Notes: a model not told the origin generated them from the sequence alone. Counted from the stretch's first letter, positions 18,591 to 29,292 are shown. The stretch is 64,000 bases of DNA from Clostridia bacterium (GCA_017502085.1 JAFVVQ010000037.1:569-64568); one strand, 5' to 3'. Numbers and translations: made by a program.

Positions 18591-18971
18591 ATGGCAAGAA
18601 CGCAGCTTCCTCTTCTTTTGGTAGACAACCAGAACGTTATGACTATTCTCAATGACGGTGAATTCAAGTGCGCAAGCCTGACCTTTGAAGAGGCGAAGGC
18701 AATCATCGATATGCATGATGAGGATGATGTTATCAAGGTATTCACAGGACGCAACCTTGAAGAAATTGTATTCAGGTATCTCAACGTTGAGGAGAGAAAC
18801 ATCGAATATAAAGAAGTCAAGAATATGCGTGTCGGTCAGGATGCAATAGCCTTCAAGCTTTACGTGACTCCTTCGGAAACCCAGCCTATCACCTTGACCC
18901 CGACAGGGGCACAGGCAAAGAAAATACAGAATATCTACGTTGCCTGTCAGCTTATTTCAAGACTCAAATAA
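18591..18971 (+). CDS. Hypothetical protein with resemblance to DUF1874/YddF (STIV B116/AcrIII-1 fold)
   Basis: 126 aa; own promoter and terminator; segments ILNDGEFKCASLTFEEAK, MRVGQDAIAFKLY and C-terminal QLISRLK recall the family, but the conserved GH reads TGR. The family call is by eye. Confidence 0.55.
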   Translation: MARTQLPLLLVDNQNVMTILNDGEFKCASLTFEEAKAIIDMHDEDDVIKVFTGRNLEEIVFRYLNVEERNIEYKEVKNMRVGQDAIAFKLYVTPSETQPITLTPTGAQAKKIQNIYVACQLISRLK

Positions 18972-18997
18972 TTCTTTAAAACCGAAAATAATGTTTT

Positions 18998-19029
18998 GCC
19001 GCTCTGATTTTGTCGGGGCGGCTTCTTTT
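18998..19029 (+). terminator. Intrinsic terminator
   Basis: GCCGCTCTGA / TCGGGGCGGC followed by TTCTTTT. Confidence 0.75.
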
Positions 19030-19088
19030 ATGCCGTATTTGTTAATATTATGTTTTCAATTTTATAATTTTTTGTGTGTTTATTACTG

Positions 19089-19117
19089 TTGACTGCTTGT
19101 GTATAATATTATATAAT
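19089..19117 (+). promoter_or_regulatory. Sigma-A promoter of the lon operon
   Basis: TTGACT(19089)-17 bp-TATAAT(19112). Confidence 0.7.
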
Positions 19118-19178
19118 ATTAAACTAACTAAATGTTTATTATAATAACTGTCTCTGACAATAAGGAGTTTTACAGAAT

Positions 19179-21590
19179 ATGAGAGAAGAAAGTTTAAGAC
19201 TTATGCCTGCAGTGGCTCTCAGGGGACTTGTGGTGTTCCCCGGGATGTTCCTTCATTTTGACGTGGGCAGAGAAAAATCAATTAATGCGCTCAAAAAAGC
19301 GATGGATACCGATCAGGAGATTTTTCTTGTAACTCAGAAAGATATCTCTGTTGATGATCCCGACTTCAGCCAACTTTATGAAATCGGTGTTGTTGCAAGT
19401 GTCAAGCAGGTGCTCAAGCTACCGGGTAAAAGCGGTAACGTCAGAGTTGCGGTGGAAGGTCTTTACAGAGCGCGACTTGTTGAAGGCATGATGGCGAAAA
19501 ATAACAGCCACCTCAAGGCAATGATTTATCCCGTTAAAGAGCCTTCGATCAGAGCGGATAAAGAGGATTATGCAAAAGCACTTGTCCGCCACGCAAAGGA
19601 CGTTTTTGCCGAATATTCCGAGTTTGCACCGCAGATGCCTTCCGACCTTGTGACAAGTGTTATGCAGGAGGATAACTGCGGAGCACTTGCCGACTATATC
19701 GCAGGCAACATTATGCTTGAATATGCAGACAGACAGAGAATTCTTGATATTCTCAATCCCGTCAAACGCCTTGAAGAGCTTTGCGTTCTTCTGGCAAACG
19801 AGGGGAATCTGCTCTCTATTGAAGCTGAAATCGGTGATAAGGTTCAGGAAGCAATCGACAAGAATCAGAGAGAATATTATCTGCGCGAACAGATGAAAAT
19901 AATTTCCGCGGAACTTGGCGGCGGAGTTTCTCAGGAAGAAGAACTCAGCGAATTCAGAGAAAAGATTTTTTACCTCAAGGCGTCCGATGACGTCAAGGAA
20001 AAGCTTTTCAAGGAATGCGACAAACTTGAAAAATATTCACCCAGCTCACCCGAGGCGGCAGTCAGCAGAAACTATATAGAAGCCTGTCTTGAGCTTCCGT
20101 GGGGTGTGTTCAGCAAGGAAAATTCGGATATCAGAAAATCCGAAAAAATCCTCAATGATGACCATTACGGTCTGGATAAGGTTAAGCAGAGAATCCTCGA
20201 ATATCTTGCAGTCAGGGCACTTGCACCCGATATCAAAGGTCAGATTATATGCCTTTCGGGACCTCCCGGTGTCGGCAAGACATCGATTGCCCGTTCTCTT
20301 GCCAAGGCTACGGGCAGAAGCTATGCGAGAATTTCTCTCGGCGGCGTCAAGGATGAAGCCGAAATACGAGGTCACAGAAAAACATATATCGGCTCAATGC
20401 CCGGCAGAATTATTAATGCACTCAAGCAGGCGGGTACAAGCAACCCCCTTATCTTGCTTGATGAAATCGATAAACTCTCGTCAGATTATAAGGGTGACCC
20501 CACCTCGGCTCTTCTCGAGGTGCTTGACCCTGAGCAGAATAATTCATTCAGAGATCACTATATTGAGCTTCCCTATGACCTGAGTAAGGTTATGTTCATC
20601 ACAACCGCCAACGTCAGGTCGAATATTCCCGAGCCGCTTCAGGACAGAATGGAAATCATTGAGCTTGGTAGCTACACATTTGAAGAAAAGTTCAATATTG
20701 CAAAAAAACATCTTGTTCCCAAGCAGATCAAACGCCACGGAATGACCTCAAAGCAACTTAAAATAACAGACAAAGCCCTCCGACTCATCATTGAGGGTTA
20801 CACAAGAGAAGCGGGAGTACGTGCTCTTGAGCAGCAGATAGCCGCAGTTTGCAGAAAAGCGGCTATGCAGATAATCTCTGACGGTACGGAAAAGATTTCC
20901 GTCAAACCGGAGAATGTTGAAGAACTTATCGGTTCACGCAAATTCAGAAACGATACGCTTATCAAAGAAAACGAGGTTGGCGTTGTCAACGGACTTGCGT
21001 GGACTGCGGTCGGCGGCGATATGCTCGAGGTTGAAGCGGCTGTTCTTGACGGCAGCGGTAAGCTTGAACTGACCGGCTCTCTCGGTGATGTTATGCAGGA
21101 GAGTGCAAAAGCGGCAGTCAGCTACATCCGTTCAAAATCGGATAAACTTCCGATAAGCACAAGCTTCTATAAGGACAAGGATATCCATATCCACGTGCCT
21201 GAGGGTGCGACTCCGAAAGACGGTCCCTCTGCGGGTGTAACAATCGCAACTGCGCTTGTATCCGCTCTCTCGAACAGAAAAGTGCGTAAAGACGTTGCAA
21301 TGACAGGTGAAATCACCCTTCGGGGCAGAGTTCTTCCTATCGGCGGACTCAAAGAAAAATCAATGGCAGCTTACAGAGCGGGTATCACAACCGTTATTAT
21401 TCCCTATGATAATATCCCTGACCTTGATGAGGTTGACCCCAAGGTTAAGGAAGCAATAACATTCCTTCCCGTCAAAACGGTCAGTGCCGTCTGGGATGCA
21501 GCTCTTGAAAATAATCAGGAGGAGCGTGGCGAAAAGAGTGTTTTTGCCGTTACCGATAATTCGGGAAAACGCCCCTCCATAACACAATAA
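19179..21590 (+). CDS. lon: ATP-dependent protease La
   Basis: LON N-domain, Walker [25 protein letters not shown] catalytic Ser, IGGLKEK. Confidence 0.98.
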   Translation: MREESLRLMPAVALRGLVVFPGMFLHFDVGREKSINALKKAMDTDQEIFLVTQKDISVDDPDFSQLYEIGVVASVKQVLKLPGKSGNVRVAVEGLYRARLVEGMMAKNNSHLKAMIYPVKEPSIRADKEDYAKALVRHAKDVFAEYSEFAPQMPSDLVTSVMQEDNCGALADYIAGNIMLEYADRQRILDILNPVKRLEELCVLLANEGNLLSIEAEIGDKVQEAIDKNQREYYLREQMKIISAELGGGVSQEEELSEFREKIFYLKASDDVKEKLFKECDKLEKYSPSSPEAAVSRNYIEACLELPWGVFSKENSDIRKSEKILNDDHYGLDKVKQRILEYLAVRALAPDIKGQIICLSGPPGVGKTSIARSLAKATGRSYARISLGGVKDEAEIRGHRKTYIGSMPGRIINALKQAGTSNPLILLDEIDKLSSDYKGDPTSALLEVLDPEQNNSFRDHYIELPYDLSKVMFITTANVRSNIPEPLQDRMEIIELGSYTFEEKFNIAKKHLVPKQIKRHGMTSKQLKITDKALRLIIEGYTREAGVRALEQQIAAVCRKAAMQIISDGTEKISVKPENVEELIGSRKFRNDTLIKENEVGVVNGLAWTAVGGDMLEVEAAVLDGSGKLELTGSLGDVMQESAKAAVSYIRSKSDKLPISTSFYKDKDIHIHVPEGATPKDGPSAGVTIATALVSALSNRKVRKDVAMTGEITLRGRVLPIGGLKEKSMAAYRAGITTVIIPYDNIPDLDEVDPKVKEAITFLPVKTVSAVWDAALENNQEERGEKSVFAVTDNSGKRPSITQ

Positions 21591-21609
21591 ATAATCAGGA
21601 TTGGTAATT

Positions 21610-22191
21610 ATGAGATTCGATAAAATAGAATTCACTGCCGCTTACGGCACTTCAAAACAGCTTCCGCCTTCGGATATGCCCGAAATCGTATTTTCGGGAC
21701 GTTCAAACGTCGGCAAGTCATCGCTCATAAACAAGGTTTTCAACCGCAAGAATCTTGCCCGAGTCAGCTCAATGCCGGGCAAGACGATAACCGTTAATTT
21801 CTTTAAGGGCGATGGTGTTATATTTGCGGATTTGCCCGGTTACGGCTATGCGAAAAGAGAACAGGCTGAAAAGAAACGTTGGGCAGACCTTATGGAAGGG
21901 TATTTTCAGTCGGAGAGAAATATTGCACTTGTTGTTCAGCTTATCGATATGCGTCACGCCCCGTCGGCAGACGATATGGATATGCTCAACTTCCTGCGTC
22001 AGATGGAGATTCCTTTCGTGATTGCCCTTACAAAATGCGATAAGCTCAATAAAACCGAAACAGAAAAACGCCGTGAAGAGCTTAAAGAAGAACTTGCGGA
22101 TTATTCGGATATCCGATGGATTGAGTTTTCCTCCGTCAAGGGTATCGGAGTGGAAGAAATTAAGGCGGAAATAGTTTCCGCAGTTGAATGA
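21610..22191 (+). CDS. engB: Ribosome biogenesis GTPase YihA/YsxC
   Basis: GRSNVGKSS, DLPGYGYA, TKCDK; canonical position after lon. Confidence 0.96.
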   Translation: MRFDKIEFTAAYGTSKQLPPSDMPEIVFSGRSNVGKSSLINKVFNRKNLARVSSMPGKTITVNFFKGDGVIFADLPGYGYAKREQAEKKRWADLMEGYFQSERNIALVVQLIDMRHAPSADDMDMLNFLRQMEIPFVIALTKCDKLNKTETEKRREELKEELADYSDIRWIEFSSVKGIGVEEIKAEIVSAVE

Positions 22192-22204
22192 GAGAAGGAT
22201 GTAA

Positions 22205-23503
22205 ATGTTTGTATCGGATTGCATTTCGATAAATGAAAAGGGTCATCTGACCGTCGGCTCGGCAGATACGGTTGAGTTGGCAAAGAAATTCGGCACGCCC
22301 GCCTATGTTTTTGATGAAAATGAAATCAGAGGCAATCTCCGTGCTTTCAGAAATTCCATTGAAGATAATTATGGCGGCAACGGTCTTGTTTGTTATGCGA
22401 GCAAGGCTTTCAGCTGCAAGGAAATATACCGTATCTGTATGCAGGAAGGTACGGGTGTTGACGTTGTTTCGGGCGGCGAACTTTATACGGCGCTTTCCGT
22501 GGGATTCCCGGCAGAGAACATCGTTTTTCACGGCAACAACAAAACTCCCGACGAGCTTCTGATGGCTGTTGGAAACGGAGTCGGCAGAATCGTTGTCGAT
22601 AACCTCACCGAACTTGAAACGCTTAACGGAATTGCTTCGGCATCGGGAAAAACCGTCGGAATAATGCTCCGCATCAAGCCCGGTGTAGACGCACATACTC
22701 ACGACTTTATCAAAACGGGTCAGATTGATTCGAAATTCGGATTTGCGCTTGAAACAGGTGAGGCTCTTGAGGCTGTCAAGGCGGCAATTACGATGCCGAG
22801 TCTTAAACTCAGAGGTTTGCATTGCCATATCGGTTCCCAGATTTTTGATATCGATCCGTTTGAACTTGCGGCAGAAGTTATGCTTGGTCTTTATAAGCAG
22901 ATCAAGGATGAAACGGGCTATGAATTCGATGAACTTAATCTCGGCGGCGGCTTCGGCATCAAATACGTTGACGGTGATACCCCGATTCCCTACGGTGAAT
23001 ATATGAAGAACGTTTCGGCTGTTGTCAGAGCGGAAACAGAAAAACACGGTCTGAAAATGCCATTTATCCTCATCGAGCCGGGACGATCGGTTGTCGGTGC
23101 AGCGGGTCTGACTCTTTATACTGTCGGAGCGGTAAAGAAAATTCCCGATATACGCACCTATGTTTCTGTTGACGGCGGTATGGCCGATAATCCGAGATAT
23201 GCGCTTTACGGTGCGGATTATCAGATTATCTGTGCCAACAAGGCAAACGAAGAAAAAAATATGACGGTTACCGTTGCAGGTAAATGTTGTGAAAGCGGTG
23301 ACCTGATTCAGGAAAATGCACCTCTCCAGAGCGTTGAGGCAGGGGATATCCTCGCGGTGCTTTCAACGGGTGCATATAACTACTCGATGGCATCAAACTA
23401 TAACCGTATCCCGAAACTTCCCGTCATTATGGTAAATAACGGTGAAGCAAGAACCGTCGTCAGACGGGAAACCTATGAAATGGTTGCCTCGTGTGACGTC
23501 TGA
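22205..23503 (+). CDS. lysA: Diaminopimelate decarboxylase
   Basis: YASKA (PLP Lys), SKFG, HCHIGSQ, NLGGGF, EPGRS, CESGD, GAYNYSMASNYN. Confidence 0.96.
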   Translation: MFVSDCISINEKGHLTVGSADTVELAKKFGTPAYVFDENEIRGNLRAFRNSIEDNYGGNGLVCYASKAFSCKEIYRICMQEGTGVDVVSGGELYTALSVGFPAENIVFHGNNKTPDELLMAVGNGVGRIVVDNLTELETLNGIASASGKTVGIMLRIKPGVDAHTHDFIKTGQIDSKFGFALETGEALEAVKAAITMPSLKLRGLHCHIGSQIFDIDPFELAAEVMLGLYKQIKDETGYEFDELNLGGGFGIKYVDGDTPIPYGEYMKNVSAVVRAETEKHGLKMPFILIEPGRSVVGAAGLTLYTVGAVKKIPDIRTYVSVDGGMADNPRYALYGADYQIICANKANEEKNMTVTVAGKCCESGDLIQENAPLQSVEAGDILAVLSTGAYNYSMASNYNRIPKLPVIMVNNGEARTVVRRETYEMVASCDV

Positions 23504-23527
23504 TACAAAATATAAGGAAGTGATTCA

Positions 23528-24799
23528 ATGCCTCAGATAAGAATGCTGACGGATAAAGTCCGTCTCGTGTCAGAGCCTACTGATAAATTCAAAACGGGAT
23601 GTATTTCCGTTTCGATGGCTTTGCCCATGGATGAAAGAATGGCGGCAAACTCATTGCTGATCTATCTTCTCAAACGCTCCTGCAAGGCATATCCCGACTT
23701 TTCGCTCCTCAGCGGCAAACTTGATGAGCTTTACGGTGCTATTCTCGGTGCAGGTGTTAGCAAAAACGGTGAATCTCAGGTGCTTACTCTGAGCATTACC
23801 TGTCTTGCTGATAAATTTGCGCTTGAGGATGCAAGTATCCAGCTTGAAGCGGCACAGCTTCTTTCCGACATTATTTTTAATCCCAACGTCAATGAAGGTT
23901 CTTTCGGGGATGAAGCTCTCGCAACCGAAAAACGCCTTCTCATTCAGCGTATTGAGGAAGAGCTCAATGACAAGAGAGCTTATGCTTTTAATAAGTGCAT
24001 CAGCTGTATGTGCAAAAACGAAGCCTTCGGCAAGGATAAATACGGCACGGTTGAAGAAATCGAAGCCGTTGAGATGGCTGATATTTATGCCGCATGGAAA
24101 AATATGCTTTCAACAGCCGTTTTTCAGATAACCGTTGTCGGCGCGGCTGATGCGGATAAGGTTGCATCGGTGTTTGAAAAGAATTTTGAAAATATCGTGC
24201 GTCAGCCCGCTGAAATTGAAACTGTTTTCATTCAGAAAAGCAAACACTTTAACCGTTTTGAAGAAAAATTCCCCGTTAATCAGGGCAAACTTGTAATGGG
24301 CTTCAGAGCAGGTATGAGCCACAGAAGAGACAATATTTTTGCAATGACCGTTATGAACGATATTTTCGGCATGGGCACTTATTCAAAGCTGTTTGCCAAT
24401 ATAAGAGAAAAAATGAGCCTTGCATATTACTGTTGGTCAAGGCTTATTGTCAGTAAGGGTATTCTTCTTGTTGAAAGCGGTATTGATACCGATAAAGAAA
24501 AAAAGGTTTCTGCCGAGGTGCTCAGTCAGCTTTCTGACCTGAGAAACGGCAAAACCGACCCCGAGGTGCTTGAATCCTCGAAACGTGCTCTTCGTGAAAG
24601 GCACACGTTCACAACTCCCGAGGGTATTCTCGGTTGGTATTCTTCGCAGGTGCTCAGCGATGAAATAATCACTCCCGAGCAAATGGTCAGCGGTATTGAG
24701 CAGGTAACGATGGATGACGTATGCGAAGCTGCAAAAAAACTCTCCGTTGACACCGTATTTATGCTTTCCGCACAGGAGGAGGCAGAAGATGAAATTTAA
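23528..24799 (+). CDS. M16 family peptidase, inactive subunit (YmfF-like)
   Basis: TDKFKT, LDELYGA, QGKLVMG, SKLFANIREKMSLAYY; no HxxEH motif; paired with the next gene. Confidence 0.88.
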   Translation: MPQIRMLTDKVRLVSEPTDKFKTGCISVSMALPMDERMAANSLLIYLLKRSCKAYPDFSLLSGKLDELYGAILGAGVSKNGESQVLTLSITCLADKFALEDASIQLEAAQLLSDIIFNPNVNEGSFGDEALATEKRLLIQRIEEELNDKRAYAFNKCISCMCKNEAFGKDKYGTVEEIEAVEMADIYAAWKNMLSTAVFQITVVGAADADKVASVFEKNFENIVRQPAEIETVFIQKSKHFNRFEEKFPVNQGKLVMGFRAGMSHRRDNIFAMTVMNDIFGMGTYSKLFANIREKMSLAYYCWSRLIVSKGILLVESGIDTDKEKKVSAEVLSQLSDLRNGKTDPEVLESSKRALRERHTFTTPEGILGWYSSQVLSDEIITPEQMVSGIEQVTMDDVCEAAKKLSVDTVFMLSAQEEAEDEI

Positions 24800-26060
24800 G
24801 AAATATACCGATAACAAGCTGGGTGAAACCGTATATTGCGGCAAACATCCGTCGGGTCTGGAGATAAGAATTCTGCCAAAGGAAGGATATACTTCAACGT
24901 ATGCGGTGTTCGGAGTCAAATACGGCTCGATTGATACCGCCGTCAAGAATGCGTCGGGTGAATTTGAAACAATTCCCGAAGGTACGGCGCATTTCCTTGA
25001 GCATAAGCTTTTTGAAAGCGAAGATCTCAACGCATTTGAACGTTTTGCAAAGACGGGCGCAAGTGCGAACGCATACACAAGCTTTGAAAAGACTGCTTAT
25101 CTTTTTAAAGGTTCAGAAAACGTTGGAGAATCCCTTGAGATTCTGCTTGATTTCGTTCAGAATCCCTATTTCACTCAGCAGACTGTTGAAAAAGAACAGG
25201 GCATTATCGGTCAGGAAATCCGTATGTATCAGGATTTGCCCGATTGGCAGGTGATGTTCAATATGCTCAAGGTACTTTACAGTCATCATCCTGTCAAGAT
25301 TGATATTGCGGGAACGCAGGAATCGATTGCTCAGATTGATGCGGATTTGCTTTACAGACTCTATGAGAATTTCTATAATCCCTCGAATATGGTGCTTTGC
25401 GTTGTCGGCGGTATCGACTCCGAGAAGGTGGCTGAAATCGTCGATAAGAATATCAAGAGAACAGAAGGCGCAATGTGCGAGAGAAAATTCCAAAAAGAAA
25501 ATCCTGTTCCCGTACAGAACTATATTGAAGAAAAACTTTCCGTTGCGCAGAAACAGTTTATGCTCGGATTCAAGGAAGATATATCGGAGCCTCTGCTCAG
25601 CCTTGAGGATGAAATCGCATCCCAGATTATGCTGGAGGCGATTACCGGTAAGGCATCTCCTCTTTTCAAAAAGTTGCTTGATGAAGAACTCATCGATATG
25701 GGATTCGGTTCGGAGCTTTTCAACGGCTACGGATTTTCCTGCGTAATGCTTGGCGGAACAAGCAAAGATCCCGAAAAAGCCGCTGCAATTATCAAGGAAG
25801 AATTTGCAAGACTCAACGCAGAGGGTATCAGTACCGAAGCTTTTGAAAGAGCAAAACGCAAGTTCTACGGCAGAATGGTTATGAGTTATAATGATATCGA
25901 CGATACGGCTAATATGCTGATGAATCTTTATTTCAACGGATATGAACCTTTTGCCGAAATCGAAGCCTGTAAGAACGTAACGCTTGAAAAAGCACAGGAA
26001 AGACTTGCGAAAATCAAAGACGAATATTCTGCTCTTTCCGTAATCGGCCCGATTTCATAA
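24789..26060 (+). CDS. M16 family zinc peptidase (YmfH-like)
   Basis: PEGTAHFLEHKLFE inverted zinc motif, ANAYTSF, EQGIIGQEI; start re-assigned to ATG 24789 (RBS GGAGGAGG). Confidence 0.92.
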   Translation: MKFKKYTDNKLGETVYCGKHPSGLEIRILPKEGYTSTYAVFGVKYGSIDTAVKNASGEFETIPEGTAHFLEHKLFESEDLNAFERFAKTGASANAYTSFEKTAYLFKGSENVGESLEILLDFVQNPYFTQQTVEKEQGIIGQEIRMYQDLPDWQVMFNMLKVLYSHHPVKIDIAGTQESIAQIDADLLYRLYENFYNPSNMVLCVVGGIDSEKVAEIVDKNIKRTEGAMCERKFQKENPVPVQNYIEEKLSVAQKQFMLGFKEDISEPLLSLEDEIASQIMLEAITGKASPLFKKLLDEELIDMGFGSELFNGYGFSCVMLGGTSKDPEKAAAIIKEEFARLNAEGISTEAFERAKRKFYGRMVMSYNDIDDTANMLMNLYFNGYEPFAEIEACKNVTLEKAQERLAKIKDEYSALSVIGPIS

Positions 26061-26072
26061 GGAGGTGCGTTA

Positions 26073-27035
26073 ATGTCAGATTTTACTATTGTATCCTTCA
26101 AAGGTCTTGAGCAGACTTTCAGTGTGCCTAGAATACTTGCCGAATTCAATATTTTCGGTATAGAAGTTTCGATCAAAATGTATGGCGCAATCATTGCGTT
26201 CGGATTTTTGCTCGCCGTACTTTTCGGCGGCAGAATGGCGTATAAATGGAAGATGAGTCTCGATAAAATGGTGGACGTGCTTATTTACGGCACAATTGCC
26301 GCCATCATCGGCGCAAGACTCTATTACGTTTTTTCGAAGTGGGACTATTATTCGCGTAACCCTGCCGATATTCTGCGGATATGGGAGGGCGGTCTCGCCA
26401 TCTACGGCGGAATCATTGCAGGTATTGCGGCGGCGTTTGTTGTCTGCAAGGTGCGTAAGCTGAATTTCTGGAATCTGCTTGATATAGCGGGTATGAGTCT
26501 TCTCATCGGTCAGGGTATCGGCAGATGGGGTAACTTCATGAATCAGGAGGCATTCGGCACAAACACCGATATGCCGTGGGGTATGTGGAGTACAAAGGTG
26601 CACGATTATATTGTGGCGCATCAGTCTGAGTTTGCGGCAAACGGATTTTCGGTTGATCCCGATAAATTCGTTCATCCGACATTTCTTTATGAATCACTCT
26701 GGTGCCTTCTCGGTGTGCTTGTGCTTTACATAATCACTTTAAAAGCTCGGAAATTCAGCGGACAGACCTTCCTTTGCTACGGCATATGGTATGGTCTCGA
26801 AAGAGCAGTTGTCGAAGGACTGCGCACAGACAGTCTTTATATAGCGGGTACTCTTATCAGAACGTCACAAGCGCTTTCAATGGCAATCGTTGCCGTCTGC
26901 AGTGTGATTCTTGTGGTTCTTCTGATAAAGTACAAAAAGAATCCCAAACCTATCGAAGGCGTTGATTACTTCGACAAGGAAGTTGAAGAAAAAAGAGCCG
27001 CAAAGAAACGAAAAAAAGCGGCGAAAGAGGTGTGA
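26073..27035 (+). CDS. lgt: Prolipoprotein diacylglyceryl transferase
   Basis: GARLYYV, IWEGGLAIYGG, GRWGNFMNQEAFG, HPTFLYES, EGLRTD. Confidence 0.96.
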   Translation: MSDFTIVSFKGLEQTFSVPRILAEFNIFGIEVSIKMYGAIIAFGFLLAVLFGGRMAYKWKMSLDKMVDVLIYGTIAAIIGARLYYVFSKWDYYSRNPADILRIWEGGLAIYGGIIAGIAAAFVVCKVRKLNFWNLLDIAGMSLLIGQGIGRWGNFMNQEAFGTNTDMPWGMWSTKVHDYIVAHQSEFAANGFSVDPDKFVHPTFLYESLWCLLGVLVLYIITLKARKFSGQTFLCYGIWYGLERAVVEGLRTDSLYIAGTLIRTSQALSMAIVAVCSVILVVLLIKYKKNPKPIEGVDYFDKEVEEKRAAKKRKKAAKEV

Positions 27036-27039
27036 AAAA

Positions 27040-27897
27040 ATGGCAAAGCTAATTGATGGAAAGGCAATAAGAGAGTTCAATCTCGATAAAATTGCGTCAG
27101 AGGTTGCACAGCTTAAAGAAAAAGGCGTTGAACCTGCACTCGCGGTAATTATTGTCGGCAGTGATCCCGCGTCAAGAGTATATGTCAACAACAAAAAGAC
27201 CGCCTGCGAAAGAGTCGGAATGCGCTCGCTTGAATTTGCCATGCCCGAAGAAACAACAACAGAAGAACTCCTCGCACTTATTGATAAACTCAATGCAGAT
27301 GCATCGGTCAGCGGAATTCTCTGTCAGCTTCCCGTACCGAAACATATTGACAAAAATGCGGTTCTCAGAAGAATCCGTCCCGAAAAGGACGTTGACTGTT
27401 TCCATCCTGAAAACGTAGGTCTCCTTTCAACGGGAATGGGTAAATTGATGCCCTGTACACCTATGGGTATGATGAAAATGCTTGAATACGAGGGCATCGA
27501 TCCTGCGGGAAAGCACTGTGTCATCATCGGCAGAAGTGATATTGTCGGCAAACCGATGGCGATGCTTATGCTTTCCAAGAGTGCAACAGTCACGATCTGC
27601 CACTCAAAAACCGCTGATCTGCCTTCAATTACCAGGCAGGCGGATATCCTCGTTGCCGCAGTCGGAATTCCGAATTTTGTGACGGAGGATATGGTCGGAG
27701 AGGGCGCAATTGTTCTTGACGTCGGCATCAACAGACTGGAAAGCGGTAAGCTTTGCGGTGACGTTGATTTCGAAGCAGTTAAGGAGAAGGCTTCAATGAT
27801 AACTCCCGTGCCCGGTGGCGTCGGACCTATGACAATTGCAATGCTTATGCAGAATACTCTTACGGCCTGCAAAGAGCAGAACAATATATTAATGTAA
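27040..27897 (+). CDS. folD: Methylenetetrahydrofolate dehydrogenase/cyclohydrolase
   Basis: LIDGK, YVNNK, KDVDCFHP, PCTP, GRSDIVGKP, DVGINR, PVPGGVGPMT. Confidence 0.97.
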   Translation: MAKLIDGKAIREFNLDKIASEVAQLKEKGVEPALAVIIVGSDPASRVYVNNKKTACERVGMRSLEFAMPEETTTEELLALIDKLNADASVSGILCQLPVPKHIDKNAVLRRIRPEKDVDCFHPENVGLLSTGMGKLMPCTPMGMMKMLEYEGIDPAGKHCVIIGRSDIVGKPMAMLMLSKSATVTICHSKTADLPSITRQADILVAAVGIPNFVTEDMVGEGAIVLDVGINRLESGKLCGDVDFEAVKEKASMITPVPGGVGPMTIAMLMQNTLTACKEQNNILM

Positions 27898-27920
27898 TAA
27901 TTATTTAAGGAGTGTGTATT

Positions 27921-28166
27921 ATGAAAAAGAAACTTTACAGAAGCAGAACTGACAGAAAGATTTTCGGTCTCCTCGGCGGTCTCGCACAGTATTTCGGCGT
28001 TGACTCAACCATTCTCAGAATCATCTACGTTCTTCTTTCACTGTTTGTTCTCGGTTGCCCCGTTATCATTTATCTTGTTGTTGCTCTCATCGTGCCTGAA
28101 GAGCCCGAGGATTTCAATAACAACCAGCCTCCCTATCAGGAAGGTAATTATACCGATATCAACTGA
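27921..28166 (+). CDS. PspC domain protein
   Basis: KKLYRSRTDRKIFGLLGGLAQYFGVDSTILR followed by a TM segment and IVPEEP. Confidence 0.9.
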   Translation: MKKKLYRSRTDRKIFGLLGGLAQYFGVDSTILRIIYVLLSLFVLGCPVIIYLVVALIVPEEPEDFNNNQPPYQEGNYTDIN

Positions 28167-28198
28167 GAAAATTTTTTGAAATATTCTCAAAAAAACAT

Positions 28199-28227
28199 TT
28201 GACAAGGATTGATCGTTGTGATATAAT
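28199..28227 (+). promoter_or_regulatory. Consensus sigma-A promoter of rplU-prp-rpmA
   Basis: TTGACA-17 bp-TATAAT with extended -10 TG. Confidence 0.88.
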
Positions 28228-28232
28228 CCTAT

Positions 28233-28330
28233 ATGCCGCATATTCGGGGCGGGTATAGCTATGCCCAAAAACAGCTTGTCTGTGCCTCAGGTAACCCAGT
28301 TATAAGTGTTACAAGAATAGCGAGTCTATA
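28233..28330 (+). ncRNA. Ribosomal protein L21 leader-like cis-regulatory RNA
   Basis: 5' UTR of rplU; CCGCATATTC pairs with GAATAGCG, followed by the GCGAGTC motif seen in L21 leaders; internal hairpin GGGTATAGCTATGCCC. Confidence 0.55.
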
Positions 28331-28351
28331 AGAAAAGGATTGATATTCCGA

Positions 28352-28663
28352 ATGTACGCAATTATCGAAACAGGCGGCAAGCAGTACAAGGTAGAAGCCG
28401 GCGATGTAATTTTCATCGAGAAGCTTGGCGCAGAAGAAGCAAGCGAATACACCTTTGATAAGGTTATCGCAGTTGGAACCGATGACGGCATCAAGGTTGG
28501 TGCTCCCTATGTTGAAGGCGCAACCGTGGCTGCTAAGGTTGTTAAGAACGGCAAGGGCAAGAAGATCACCGTTATGACCTATAAGCCCAAGAAGAACTCC
28601 AAGCGCAAGATGGGTCACAGACAGCCTTACACAAAGGTTGAAATCGCAGCCATCAACGCATAA
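28352..28663 (+). CDS. rplU: 50S ribosomal protein L21
   Basis: [14 protein letters not shown] ... GHRQPYT. Confidence 0.98.
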   Translation: MYAIIETGGKQYKVEAGDVIFIEKLGAEEASEYTFDKVIAVGTDDGIKVGAPYVEGATVAAKVVKNGKGKKITVMTYKPKKNSKRKMGHRQPYTKVEIAAINA

Positions 28664-28674
28664 GTTGCAACCCT

Positions 28675-28998
28675 ATGATAAGGGTCAGATTCTCAATCGG
28701 TAACAACCGACTCCACGGCTTTGAAATCAAAGGTCATTCAATGTCCGCCCCCGAAGGTCAGGATATCATCTGTGCCTCGGTTTCGTCAGCGGCTCTTATG
28801 GCGGCTAACACAATAACCGAAATTATCGGCATCCCCGCAAGGGCAGAGGCTGAAAGCGGCTCGATGGTGTTTTATCCCGAAGAGGTGAATGAGAATACCG
28901 AAGCGGTTCTGAGAGGTCTCGAACTTCATCTGACCGAACTTTCAAAGCAGTATCCACTCAACATTAAAGTAATTTACGGAGGTGTAAAGAATGCTTAA
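28675..28998 (+). CDS. prp: Ribosomal-processing cysteine protease Prp
   Basis: KGHS and DIICASVS catalytic dyad; lies between rplU and rpmA. Confidence 0.93.
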   Translation: MIRVRFSIGNNRLHGFEIKGHSMSAPEGQDIICASVSSAALMAANTITEIIGIPARAEAESGSMVFYPEEVNENTEAVLRGLELHLTELSKQYPLNIKVIYGGVKNA

Positions 28999-29275
28999 GA
29001 TAAATGTACAGCTTTTTGCTCATAAAAAAGGTATGGGTTCAACCCGTAACGGCCGTGATTCCGAATCCAAGAGACTCGGTGCAAAGAGAGCTGACGGCCA
29101 GTTCGTTCTTGCAGGTAACATCCTTGTAAGACAGAGAGGCACTCACATCCATCCCGGCACCAACGTTGGTAAGGGTTCCGATGATACTCTCTTCGCTCTC
29201 ATCGACGGTACAGTTAAGTTCGAGCGTATGGGTAAAGACCGCAAGAAGGTCAGTGTTTACGCTGTTGAGCAGTAA
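28991..29275 (+). CDS. rpmA: 50S ribosomal protein L27 with Prp-cleaved N-terminal extension
   Basis: [32 protein letters not shown]. Confidence 0.98.
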   Translation: MLKINVQLFAHKKGMGSTRNGRDSESKRLGAKRADGQFVLAGNILVRQRGTHIHPGTNVGKGSDDTLFALIDGTVKFERMGKDRKKVSVYAVEQ

Positions 29276-29292
29276 TTTAGCTTAAAATTCAG

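Noticed and set aside
19102-19121. Tandem TATAATATTA repeat upstream of lon
   Set aside because: Low-complexity AT sequence coinciding with the -10 box; no CtsR or CIRCE motif is recognisable.
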